A stretch of 64,000 nt of DNA, from assembly GCA_049322875.1 (NCBI GenBank), contig JBMOQM010000056.1, forward strand, positions 5,997 through 69,996. The letters are read 5' to 3'. The position numbers and the translations under genes were made by a program. This DNA is from Pseudomonadota bacterium (GTDB lineage: Bacteria > Pseudomonadota > Gammaproteobacteria > Burkholderiales > Burkholderiaceae_C). A model generated the notes under the pieces. It worked only from the letters and a program-made list of their open reading frames with translations, did no database searches and was not told the DNA's origin. This document shows positions 1 to 9,016 of the stretch, in pieces; positions within the stretch are counted from its first letter, which is position 1, and each line of letters opens with the position of its first letter.

Positions 1-16
1 GACGCAGGACAAGGCC

Positions 17-994
17 ATGTCGCTGTTCGGGAAGGTGAAGATGGGCTACCTGGTGGCCGAATCCAGCAGGCTCACCGAATGGCAGCGCTTCATGGGGGAC
101 GGGCTGGGCATGCACGTCGATGCCGTCGGGCAGGACCTGCTCGCCGGGCGGATCGATGCGCGCGAGCGCCGCTTCATCGTTCAGAAGGGGGCGCGGGAAG
201 ACGTGGCCGCCATCGGCTGGCAGCTCGCGGATGAGCCCGCGCTTGAACTGGCCTTGAGGCGCCTGCGTGAACGCGCCATTGATTTCCAGGAGGTTGGCGG
301 CCTGGAGGCAGGCGCGAGGGGCGTGGACCGTCTGTGGCGCATCAAGGGCCCCAAGGGCTTGGCCACCGAGCTGTTCATCCATGCTCGCTCGACCGCACAG
401 CCGCTGTCGATGAAGGCATCCGGTTTCATGACAGGCGAGGGCGGCATGGGCCATGTGGCTATCACCACCCGCCAGCCTGCGGCCATGCAGTCGTTCTGGA
501 AGGAGATCTTCGATGCGCGCCTGTCCGACCACATCGAGCAGCGCATCGACGGTGTCCAGCTGGAGCTGACTTTCCTTCGGCTCAATGAGCGCCACCACTC
601 GATCGCCACGGCGGCGACACGCGGCATCCGCCTGAACCCGCTGCGTACGCAGATCCACCACGTCAACCTGCAGACCGCTTCGCTGGACGATGTGATCCAT
701 GGCTACCTGCGTTGCCGTGCCATGGGCTACGACATCGCCAACGCCATCGGGCAGCACCCCAATGACCGTGAGCTGTCGTTCTACGTGGTGTCGCCCTCGG
801 GCTTCGAGGTCGAGCTGGGCTGGGATCCCATCGTGGTCGATGAGGCCCATTGGGTGCCCACCACTTACCAGGGCATGAGCCTGTGGGGGCACCGGCCCGA
901 GAACCTGACCCTGGCTTACAGGCTGGGTCGATTGAAGCAAGGCGTCACGTCGCTGATGCGTGATGAGTTCATGCCCGAAGGAGTTCAGCGATGA
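17..994 (+). CDS. Extradiol ring-cleavage dioxygenase (VOC family, BphC/HsaC-like)
   Basis: Two-domain VOC pattern; candidate Fe(II) ligands in GHVAI, HHVNL and EVELG; motifs NERHHSIA and IGQHPNDRELSFYVVSPSGFEVELG; stop overlaps the next start (ATGA at 991-994). Confidence 0.88.
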   Translation: MSLFGKVKMGYLVAESSRLTEWQRFMGDGLGMHVDAVGQDLLAGRIDARERRFIVQKGAREDVAAIGWQLADEPALELALRRLRERAIDFQEVGGLEAGARGVDRLWRIKGPKGLATELFIHARSTAQPLSMKASGFMTGEGGMGHVAITTRQPAAMQSFWKEIFDARLSDHIEQRIDGVQLELTFLRLNERHHSIATAATRGIRLNPLRTQIHHVNLQTASLDDVIHGYLRCRAMGYDIANAIGQHPNDRELSFYVVSPSGFEVELGWDPIVVDEAHWVPTTYQGMSLWGHRPENLTLAYRLGRLKQGVTSLMRDEFMPEGVQR

Positions 995-2754
995 CCGCCT
1001 GCATTGATCACCCACTGCCCAAGGGCAGTCAGGACACATCGGTCTATGACGTCGCGATCGTCGGGATGGGGCCGACCGGCCTGGTGCTGGCCCATGCGCT
1101 GGGCATGAACGGGCACCGCGTGGTGGTGCTCGAGAAGGAGCCTGTGTTCTACGGCAATGCGCGGGCCGTCTATACCGATGACGAGTGCATGCGCATCTTC
1201 CAGTCGCTGGGCATCGCCAAGGAGGTTCAGGCGCAGATGATGATGGACACGCCGGTGCAATTTGTGCGCCCTGATGGATCCCTCATGGCGCAGTACATGC
1301 CGCTCTCGCGCTACTTCGGCTGGCCGGTGGTGAACTTCTTTTACCAACCCTACCTGGAGACCACGCTGTCCAGCCAACTGGCGCGCTACCCCCATGTCGA
1401 GGTGCGCCGTGGCCGTGAGGTGGTCGATTTCAGCCAGGATGAGGCGGCCGTGACTGTCACACACCAGGCGACGCAGGAGGTGCGCTTCACGGAGTTCGGC
1501 GATTCGCGCAAACTCACGCGCGGCGACCTCGATGCGCAGACGCTTCGCGCCCGCTACCTGGTGGGCTGCGACGGCGGCCGCAGCGTGGTGCGCACGAAGC
1601 TGGGCATCGACATGACGGGCAAGAACTTCCCGGAACCCTGGCTGGTGGTGGATCTGCAGCGCAAGCCCGGTGTCGATGGCCTGCGCCACCTGCCGTATTT
1701 CAACTTCGTGGTCGACCCGGCCTTGCCGGTGGTCAGCTGTGTGCAGCCCGATGGTTTCCACCGCTTCGAGTTCATGCTGATGCCCGGCGAGACGAAGGAG
1801 AACATGGAGCGGCCCGAGACCGTGCGCCATTACCTCTCCAGGTTCATCGACCCGGATCAGTTCGAGATCAAGCGGCGCCTCGTCTATACCTTCAACGCCT
1901 TGATGGCGAAGGCGTGGCGACGCGACCGAGTCCTGCTGGCCGGTGATGCCGCGCACATGACGCCGCAGTTCATGGGCCAGGGCGCCAGCTCGGGCATCCG
2001 CGATGCCTACAACCTGGGCTGGAAGCTGGACCTGATCCTGAAGGGGCAGGTCAGTGAGCGGGTCCTCGACAGCTACGAGAAGGAACGCAAGGCCCACGCC
2101 CAGGCCATGATCGACGTGTCGGTGCTGCTCAAGGACATCGTGTCGATGACGCACCCCGTCGGCACGCTGGTCCGCGATGCTTTCATCGCTGTGTCCCAGT
2201 CGATCGGACCGCTCAAGCGCTTCTTCCGTGATGGGGGCTTCAAGCCGCTGCCCGTCTACAAGCGCGGCAGCTACCTGGGCATGCCGCGCAGTGGCTTGCG
2301 TGGCCCCGAGGGCGTGCTCTCTCCCCAGCCCGAGGTGCGCCTGTTCGACAGCACGCGTGTATTGCTGGACGACGTGATGGGGCCGGGCTTCTCGCTGATA
2401 GGCCTGAATGTCGATCCGCGCGAGTACCTGGATGGCACCAGCACGAGGATGCTCGAATCGCTCGGGGCCAGCTTCGTGACGCTGTACGCCTATGGCGAGC
2501 GCCCCCAGGGACTGCAAGGGGTTGAGCGCGATGTGCGGCTGGGCACGCTGGAAGTCGAGGACATCGGCGGCGTCATGGTCGAGTGGTTTCGCAAGGCCGG
2601 CTTCAAGGATCGTGCCGTGGCCGTGCTGCGCCCGGACAAATTCACGTTCGGTGTGGTGCAGCCCGAAGCTTTACCCAAGGTTCTGAGCGAGCTGGCCCAC
2701 CAGTTCGATGTGGCGGCGAGCAACGTCGTCCACCTGCCCAGAGAGGCGGCCTGA
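991..2754 (+). CDS. FAD-dependent aromatic hydroxylase, MhpA-like (paralog 1)
   Basis: GxGxxG (VGMGPTG), DG motif (GCDGGRS), GD motif (LAGDAAH..PQFMGQG), C-terminal VLRPD thioredoxin-like domain. Confidence 0.88.
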   Translation: MTACIDHPLPKGSQDTSVYDVAIVGMGPTGLVLAHALGMNGHRVVVLEKEPVFYGNARAVYTDDECMRIFQSLGIAKEVQAQMMMDTPVQFVRPDGSLMAQYMPLSRYFGWPVVNFFYQPYLETTLSSQLARYPHVEVRRGREVVDFSQDEAAVTVTHQATQEVRFTEFGDSRKLTRGDLDAQTLRARYLVGCDGGRSVVRTKLGIDMTGKNFPEPWLVVDLQRKPGVDGLRHLPYFNFVVDPALPVVSCVQPDGFHRFEFMLMPGETKENMERPETVRHYLSRFIDPDQFEIKRRLVYTFNALMAKAWRRDRVLLAGDAAHMTPQFMGQGASSGIRDAYNLGWKLDLILKGQVSERVLDSYEKERKAHAQAMIDVSVLLKDIVSMTHPVGTLVRDAFIAVSQSIGPLKRFFRDGGFKPLPVYKRGSYLGMPRSGLRGPEGVLSPQPEVRLFDSTRVLLDDVMGPGFSLIGLNVDPREYLDGTSTRMLESLGASFVTLYAYGERPQGLQGVERDVRLGTLEVEDIGGVMVEWFRKAGFKDRAVAVLRPDKFTFGVVQPEALPKVLSELAHQFDVAASNVVHLPREAA

Positions 2755-2786
2755 GCTCGCCATCCACCACCACTGAGGAGAACGAC

Positions 2787-3926
2787 ATGACAGGATCCGA
2801 ATTCCAAGATGCGAATGCCACGCGGGCCACCGGGCGCCGCCGCTTTCTGCAGGAAGCCGCCGGCCTGGCTGCCGCATCGGCGGCGGCCCTGGGCGGGGGC
2901 AGCCTGCCCGGTGTGGCCATGGCAGGCCTGGGTGGGGCTGGAGGCACACCGTTTCGCATCGACGTTCATTGCCACCACATCCCGGACTTCTACCGGCTGT
3001 CGATGGCCGCGCACGGCATCCTCACGGCGGGCGGCATTCCACTGCCCTTGTGGTCACCGACCATGGCTGTTAACTTCATGGACAAGTTCGGCATCCAGAC
3101 GCAGGTGGTGTCCATCTCGGAGCCAGGTGTCACCTACCTCAAGACCCTGGGCGATCGCAAGGCCATGGCGCAGCGCATCAACGACTACACGCGCGACGAG
3201 CTGGTCACCACCTCGGCCGCAGGGCTGGCCGGGCGCTTCGGCGGCTTCGGTGTGATGCCGATCCGCGATCCGCGCAACCCGCTGGATGTGCTTGCGGCCA
3301 GCGCAGAAGCGGTGCGGGTCGTCCAGCGTCTGCGGCTCGATGGCATCGGCTTGTTCAGCAACTATCAGGGCGTCTACCTGGGGCATCCATCGTTCGAGCC
3401 GTTGATGGCCACGCTCGATGCGCTGGGCGCCATGGTGTTCATCCATCCGGTCACGCCAACCGATCCGCCAGACCTGGGGCTGCCGTCCTTCCTGTACGAG
3501 TTCCCTTTCGACACGACCCGTGCGGCCGTGAACCTGCTCTACAAGGGCGTTCTCAACCGGTATCCCAACATCCGCTGGCTGCTGGCGCATGCGGGCGGCA
3601 CGATCCCTTACCTGTCGTACCGCACAGGGTTGCTGCGGCTGAACCTCGATCCCACCAGCAGTGTCTACAAGAACCTGTTCTTCGACACGGCCCTGTCCGC
3701 CGCGCCGCCGGCGATGAAGGCCGTGCGCGAGATCACGCCTGTCAGCCACGTGATGTTTGCCACCGACTGGCCTTTCGCTGGGCCGGTGTTCCTGACCAAG
3801 CCCGCGGGCGATCCGGCTGCGGAACTCGACCTGTCCTTCAACACCGAAGAGCGCCTGCTGGTGGACCGTCGCAACGCGCTGACGCAGCTGCCGACGCTCG
3901 CTGCGCGGCTTGGCGTAGCGCCCTGA
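2787..3926 (+). CDS. Amidohydrolase-2 family metalloenzyme (decarboxylase/hydrolase) with Tat signal peptide
   Basis: ATG at 2787 follows a GAGGAG RBS; GRRRFLQ + hydrophobic stretch + AMA; HxH (DVHCHH), FIHP, LAHAGG, FDTALS, FATDWPF. Confidence 0.85.
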   Translation: MTGSEFQDANATRATGRRRFLQEAAGLAAASAAALGGGSLPGVAMAGLGGAGGTPFRIDVHCHHIPDFYRLSMAAHGILTAGGIPLPLWSPTMAVNFMDKFGIQTQVVSISEPGVTYLKTLGDRKAMAQRINDYTRDELVTTSAAGLAGRFGGFGVMPIRDPRNPLDVLAASAEAVRVVQRLRLDGIGLFSNYQGVYLGHPSFEPLMATLDALGAMVFIHPVTPTDPPDLGLPSFLYEFPFDTTRAAVNLLYKGVLNRYPNIRWLLAHAGGTIPYLSYRTGLLRLNLDPTSSVYKNLFFDTALSAAPPAMKAVREITPVSHVMFATDWPFAGPVFLTKPAGDPAAELDLSFNTEERLLVDRRNALTQLPTLAARLGVAP

Positions 3927-3932
3927 AGCGGA

Positions 3933-4559
3933 TCAGCGCTTTGATGACGAGGGCAGGGGAGGCAGGTCCATGGTGGCCAGCGCGCGGGCTTCCGCGCGTG
4001 ACAAACCCAGCGCCACCAAGGTGAACTCGGCGGCATCCGCACCGGCCTCGCGCCAGGTCTTGATGCCTTCTAGAACGCTGAAGATGCTGCTGAGTACGGC
4101 ACCGGCCTGCAGCCCGATCACCGATGGCAACTGCTCCTGGCGGAAGTGGTAACGCCCGCTCTGCAGGCCTGCCATCAGATCTGTCACGGGCTGCCCTTCC
4201 CACACCTTGCGCAATGACTCGGCGTTGAAGGCATAGCGGCATATGAAGCGGCCCCAGTGCGGCTCTTCATGGGCGCGCCGGATGTACAGGCGGATGCCGT
4301 TGGCCAGGCGATGCGCGGGATCGGTGATGCCTTCGAAGCTGGCGGTGATGCGCCAGTTCATGTCGTCGGCGAGCTGCGCGGCCACCTCCTCGAACAGGTG
4401 GTCGGGGTCGTGCAGGTTGTTGTAGATGGTGCCGCGCGCCACGCCGGCCGCCTGTGCCAGCTCGCTGACGTTGACCTGGTTGATGCCACGTTCGGCGAAC
4501 AGCTTCAGCGCGGCGGCATGGATGCGTTGTTGAGCAGGTGTCAGGGCCGCCACGGGCAT
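3933..4559 (-). CDS. TetR-family transcriptional regulator
   Basis: N-terminal HTH (IHAAALKLFAERGINQVNVSELAQAAGVARGTIYNN). The start could instead be GTG at 4553, which has better GAGGA spacing. Confidence 0.88.
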   Translation of the reverse strand: MPVAALTPAQQRIHAAALKLFAERGINQVNVSELAQAAGVARGTIYNNLHDPDHLFEEVAAQLADDMNWRITASFEGITDPAHRLANGIRLYIRRAHEEPHWGRFICRYAFNAESLRKVWEGQPVTDLMAGLQSGRYHFRQEQLPSVIGLQAGAVLSSIFSVLEGIKTWREAGADAAEFTLVALGLSRAEARALATMDLPPLPSSSKR

Positions 4560-4613
4560 TCCTCGGTCATGGGGGAATCACAGGAGGCCCTATTGTCTCT
4601 TGAACGCCGGTGT

Positions 4614-5708
4614 TCAAAACACCTTGATCACCCGGATCTGATGGAAACTGCCCTGCTTGGCGTAGCGCGAGTCCGTGCTCTTCATGGTCTGCAGTGTCAC
4701 CACGGCATCGGCCACCGGCAGCTTGGTGGTGAAGAAGACGCCGGCGTTCGTCAGGCGCAGGCGGGCGTCGCCGTAAGGATTGCCGCTGTCGTCCTGTGTC
4801 TGCTGGATGTGGATGGCGTGCAGCCCGATGGGGCCCAACGGGGTCTTGTAGGCCACGGCACCTTCGAGCCCGAGCCAGTTGCCGCTGCGCAGGTCGTTGT
4901 CGCTGTTGCGTGTGTTGAAGCCCAGGGTCAGCTTGCCCGCCACGGCTACATTGGACTGCGGCATCCATGCCACCTGCACCGCCGGGCGGAAGGTGTAGAA
5001 GTTGCCGGTGCCCACGTCGGGGCCGGCTGCCGAGTCATAGCTGCCGGTGGGCAGCACGACGGATGCACCGGCCAGCACGCGCCAGCGCTCGTTGGCGTAC
5101 AACCAGCCGGCCTGCAGTTCGGTGTCGCCCATACCGGTGTCCTCGCCGGTCTCGCCGCTGGCCATGGCCTGGATCCTGGTGAGGTAGCTGCTCTCGAACT
5201 GCTGTGTCACGGCACCCTTGGTGGCCGGATTGGGGATGCTGCCGCTGGGCCAGTTCAGCGCCGGGGCGGTGGTGCGGGCGTTGAACGATTGGCTCTTGGC
5301 GCCGTACTGCAGGTTGAGCAGCATGGCGAGCCGCCCGCCGCCGTACTGCGCGGTCGTGATGTAGCCCAGGGCCAGGTTGTAGATGCGGAATCCGCCTCCG
5401 GCGTCCACTTCGATCTCCTTGGCACCATACGATGGGTCGTAAGGGGTGGGCGATGCGCCCAGTGCCACGGTGCCACCCGGCACGGCGACCTTGAGCCTGT
5501 GGCCGTCGCCGCCCGTCACCTTGTCGACATTGATGTAGGTGGCCGCGGCGCCGACACCCCAGCCCGTCTGGTCTGGGGGCGCGAACATTTCGCCGCCGAG
5601 CGAGCCGGCCACGTTGTAGCGCACCTGAAAGCCTTCGGCGGACAGCGCAGGCAGGGCGGCTGTCAGCAAGGCGGCGGCGCAAGCGCCATGGAATGGAACG
5701 GATTTCAT
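4614..5708 (-). CDS. Outer-membrane beta-barrel, SphA / MetA-pathway phenol-degradation family
   Basis: Signal peptide (..LPALSA); alternating beta strands; family-like DTELQAGWLY..ASVVLPTGSYD..GTGNFYTFRP; C-terminal Phe; ATG at 5708 follows CAGGAG. Confidence 0.75.
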   Translation of the reverse strand: MKSVPFHGACAAALLTAALPALSAEGFQVRYNVAGSLGGEMFAPPDQTGWGVGAAATYINVDKVTGGDGHRLKVAVPGGTVALGASPTPYDPSYGAKEIEVDAGGGFRIYNLALGYITTAQYGGGRLAMLLNLQYGAKSQSFNARTTAPALNWPSGSIPNPATKGAVTQQFESSYLTRIQAMASGETGEDTGMGDTELQAGWLYANERWRVLAGASVVLPTGSYDSAAGPDVGTGNFYTFRPAVQVAWMPQSNVAVAGKLTLGFNTRNSDNDLRSGNWLGLEGAVAYKTPLGPIGLHAIHIQQTQDDSGNPYGDARLRLTNAGVFFTTKLPVADAVVTLQTMKSTDSRYAKQGSFHQIRVIKVF

Positions 5709-5831
5709 CTCTCGTGTCTCCTGGTGGGTAGATGGGGGCAAGTGGTCGTTGCGGATGCACGTGCGTGTTCATCCGTGCCCTTCGTCTTGTCGACGGGGCT
5801 GGGTCGCAAAGGGAACAGGGAAGGCGGTGCG

Positions 5832-6908
5832 TTAGCGGTTGCGTGCGCGATCGGCCATCGCGATCACGGGCCGGATGGCCAGGTGCTTGAGGCGATCGCG
5901 CCAGCCCATGCCGCCGGCATGCGGCAGGGATCGCACCGTGTCGCCGCTGCCGGCGAGGTGGGGGAACAGGGCCAGAGCATTGGCGCGGTCGATGCCTGCT
6001 CGCTGCTCCGTGGTGAAGAACGGCAGTTCATCCAGCTGCCTGGTCTGCAGGCCGGTGACGGGCTCCGGTGCGAAGGGGAAGTCACTGCCGAAGAGGATCT
6101 TCGATGGATCGACCAGCTCCTTGAGCGCTGCCATGGCAAATGGCGAGGGCGACAGGGCCGTGTCGAACCAGAAGCGCTTGAGGTAGGCCAGGACGCCCTG
6201 GGGCGCCTTTTCGTAAGTTTCGGGCAGCATGTTGGCCAGCGACAGACGCCAGGCCACGTAAGGGGTGAACCCACCTGCATGCGCCAGGATCCAGCGGATC
6301 CGGGGATGGCGCTCCATCGTGCCCGACAGGATCAGGTTGGTCGCGGCCCGCGTGGTGTCACACAGGAACTCGATCAGGAAGCCCGGCATGTCCAGGCGCA
6401 GTTGCGTGCTGGTGGCGTGCAGGTTGGGATGCACGAACACGGTCGCTTCGCGCCGGTCCAGCTCGGCCATCAACTCATCGAACCGGGGATCGCCCAGGAA
6501 ATAGCCTTCGGTGCTGCCCAGCAGCACGATGCCGTCTGCGCGCAGTTCATCGAGGGCGCGTACGGCTTCCCGACAGGCTTGCGCCGTGAGGGGCATTGGC
6601 AACACGGCGAAGAAGCCGAAGCGTCCGGGATGTGCCTGCACGGTCTGCGCGCAGAAGTCGTTGCACGACTGGGCGAGCGACACCGCCTTGCGTTCGTCTC
6701 CAAAAAAGACGCCCGGCGCGGACAGCGAGAGCAAAGCCGTCTCGATACCCTGCATGTTCATCAGATCAAGCGAGCGTTGCGGCGTCCATTGGGGCAAAGG
6801 GGCACCAGCCACCAGGGACAGCCCCTGATCCTTCATGGTCTGAGCGAAGGTGGGGGGAATCACATGGTGGTGAACGTCGATGCGTCGGTGTTGGGGGCGG
6901 GCGGTCAT
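5832..6908 (-). CDS. Amidohydrolase-2 family enzyme (aromatic-acid decarboxylase/hydrolase-like), cytoplasmic
   Basis: RIDVHHHVIPP, VFVHP, LAHAGG, FDTALS, FGSDFPF; no signal peptide. Confidence 0.87.
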   Translation of the reverse strand: MTARPQHRRIDVHHHVIPPTFAQTMKDQGLSLVAGAPLPQWTPQRSLDLMNMQGIETALLSLSAPGVFFGDERKAVSLAQSCNDFCAQTVQAHPGRFGFFAVLPMPLTAQACREAVRALDELRADGIVLLGSTEGYFLGDPRFDELMAELDRREATVFVHPNLHATSTQLRLDMPGFLIEFLCDTTRAATNLILSGTMERHPRIRWILAHAGGFTPYVAWRLSLANMLPETYEKAPQGVLAYLKRFWFDTALSPSPFAMAALKELVDPSKILFGSDFPFAPEPVTGLQTRQLDELPFFTTEQRAGIDRANALALFPHLAGSGDTVRSLPHAGGMGWRDRLKHLAIRPVIAMADRARNR

Positions 6909-6960
6909 GATGGTGGTCGGCTTGTTGATGCCGCGATTCTGGAAACCGCGCTGCCAGCCC

Positions 6961-7008
6961 GCCTGTCATTTGTTGACAGGCTGCACATGGCCTTACCCTG
7001 TGAACAGG
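6961..7008. promoter_or_regulatory. Palindromic operator candidates between the divergent amidohydrolase and AraC genes
   Basis: Perfect inverted repeats GCCTGTCA-N5-TGACAGGC (6961-6981) and CCTGT-GA-ACAGG (6997-7008). Confidence 0.45.
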
Positions 7009-7027
7009 CCAATCAAGGGCAATCCCT

Positions 7028-8053
7028 ATGAGTACGTACCAAGAATCGGTACCGGCGCGGTACATCGCCGGGTTGGTGCAGGCGCTGACACGGCAAGGCC
7101 ATGACTGCAATCCCGTCTTGAAGGCGGCGAAGCTGTCATCGGCTGCCCTGTCATTGCCTGATGCGCGCATCCCGCGTGAACGCATGGCCGCGCTGCTCAT
7201 CGGCCTCAGCCTGGCGACCGGGCGCAGCGACCTGGGGTTCGAGATGGGCCGTCAGATCGATGTGACGGCCTACCCGTTGCTGGGCCAGTTGCTGCGCACG
7301 GCCAGGGACCTGGGCGAGGGCCTGCAGCGACTGGTCCCTTACATCCCCTTGATCACACCGTCCTTCCGCGTGCACTGCGAGATCGTCGATGGCGAACTGC
7401 ACATGCGCTGGCAGCTACTCAGGCCCATGCCTTACGACATGATGAAGATGGCCTGCGAGTGCATCCTGGTGGCCTCTTGCATGGGCCTCAGGCAGCTCTT
7501 TCCATCGAAGGCGGTGACGCTGACCGCATGCGTGCCCTGGTCACCCCCTCAGCATGCACGGCGCTACAGCGAGCTGCCTGGGCTGACGATGCGTTACCAG
7601 GCCGAGGCCATGCAGATCGGCGTGTGTCTGATCGTGCCTGAGGCCCTCGTGCGATGGGCCATGCCACGATCGAACAGCAGGGTATGGCGCAGCGCACACG
7701 CCGCCTGCGCGGAGGAACTGCGCCACCTGCAGTCCATGCACCGCTGGGCAGACTGGGTGGCCCATGTGCTCGACGTCGTCGAGGACCACCAGCCCAGCCA
7801 GGCCGAGCTGGCCAGCCTGATGGGCATCGCCCCTCGCACGCTGGCCCGTCACCTGGAGACCGAAAGCGTCAGCTACAAGTCGCTGGTGCTGGACATCCGG
7901 CACCGACGTGCGTGCCGTCTGCTGGGCACCAGCGACATCACCGTGTCGGAGCTGGCGCGCCTGCTGGGCTACAACGACAGCGCCAACTTCGCCCGTGCGT
8001 TCAAGGCGCGGGAAGGGCGCACGCCCACGCAGTACCGGCAGTCGCTGGGGTGA
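7028..8053 (+). CDS. AraC-family transcriptional regulator (OruR/ArgR-type N-terminal domain)
   Basis: C-terminal double HTH: MGIAPRTLARHL..ITVSELARLLGYNDSANFARAFK..GRTPTQYR. Confidence 0.9.
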   Translation: MSTYQESVPARYIAGLVQALTRQGHDCNPVLKAAKLSSAALSLPDARIPRERMAALLIGLSLATGRSDLGFEMGRQIDVTAYPLLGQLLRTARDLGEGLQRLVPYIPLITPSFRVHCEIVDGELHMRWQLLRPMPYDMMKMACECILVASCMGLRQLFPSKAVTLTACVPWSPPQHARRYSELPGLTMRYQAEAMQIGVCLIVPEALVRWAMPRSNSRVWRSAHAACAEELRHLQSMHRWADWVAHVLDVVEDHQPSQAELASLMGIAPRTLARHLETESVSYKSLVLDIRHRRACRLLGTSDITVSELARLLGYNDSANFARAFKAREGRTPTQYRQSLG

Positions 8054-8080
8054 GTGGGCGCGGAGGGTGTTGATGGGCGC

Positions 8081-8869
8081 TCAGTTGTCCGGGCCGAAAG
8101 GATTGGCCGGCAGCGCGATGTCGGGCAACGGGCGCCGTGCCACCTCGTGTGCATCGGCAGCCGGCAGGCCCAGCAGCTGCAGCACCAGCACTGTGATGCG
8201 CTCGCCAATGTTCTTGGTGTCCTGCAGCATCGGGAAAGGCAAGCTGCGCCCGGCCTTCAGCTCCACTTCCGTGGCCAGCGCGCCCAGCACGATGCTGCCC
8301 ACGGCAACGAAGGTGGCGGCCGGGTCGTCGATCCGGAAGCGCTTGCGCGCGATGCCATCGGCCAGATCCTGCAGAAAGTAGCGGCCCATGCCTGCGCTCA
8401 CGCCATCGGCCGTGAAGCCCGAGCGCACCACGAAACGTCCCCACAGCGGATCCTGCTGGCCGCGCTTAATGACATAGCGGATGCAGCCCGCGATCTTCTC
8501 GGCGGGATCCTGGATCTGCTCGCTCAGGTGGTCGAGCGCGCCGGCGAACTGCCCTACCACTTCCGTGATCAGGGCCTCGTAGACCGCTTCTTTCGATGGG
8601 AAGTGGTTGTAGAAGGAGCCGAAGCCCACATCGGCGGCCTCGGTGATCTCGTTGATCGCCACGCCGTCCACCCCCTTGTCCGCCATCAGGCGCAGGGCCG
8701 CGCCAAGCAGGCGCGCGCGGGTGTCCCGCTTGCGGCGAGCACCGCGGGGCTCGCGTGCGGGCGCTTCTGCTTCTTCGGCGATGGGGGCTGCCGCCGCCTT
8801 GGCAGGGGCGGTCCTGGCTGTCTTGCGGGGCGTGGTCTTCGGGGCGGTCTTGGCGGCGGCCGGGGGCAT
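8081..8869 (-). CDS. TetR-family transcriptional regulator with a low-complexity N-terminus
   Basis: RARLLGAALRLMADKGVDGVAINEITEAADVGFGSFYNHF HTH. Confidence 0.9.
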   Translation of the reverse strand: MPPAAAKTAPKTTPRKTARTAPAKAAAAPIAEEAEAPAREPRGARRKRDTRARLLGAALRLMADKGVDGVAINEITEAADVGFGSFYNHFPSKEAVYEALITEVVGQFAGALDHLSEQIQDPAEKIAGCIRYVIKRGQQDPLWGRFVVRSGFTADGVSAGMGRYFLQDLADGIARKRFRIDDPAATFVAVGSIVLGALATEVELKAGRSLPFPMLQDTKNIGERITVLVLQLLGLPAADAHEVARRPLPDIALPANPFGPDN

Positions 8870-8921
8870 GGGGACGCGTCTCCTTCACAACAGAGGGCTT
8901 TGCTCAAGTATAGGGTATTCC

Positions 8922-8950
8922 ATAATCTTCATCAAAACTGATGAAATTAT
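8922..8950. promoter_or_regulatory. Probable TetR operator in an AT-rich divergent promoter
   Basis: ATAAT-c-TTCATCA-AAAC-TGATGAA-ATTAT inverted repeat between tetR (8869) and mhpA-like 2. Confidence 0.55.
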
Positions 8951-9016
8951 CATTCATGAGGAATTTATACAAATGTGCAGGTCGGCATGACGACCGCACG
9001 CTTTCTTCGGTTTGAG

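Noticed and set aside
4257-7031. 924-aa plus-strand ORF
   Set aside because: Antisense shadow of three motif-bearing minus-strand genes; no recognisable domain; typical of high-GC DNA.
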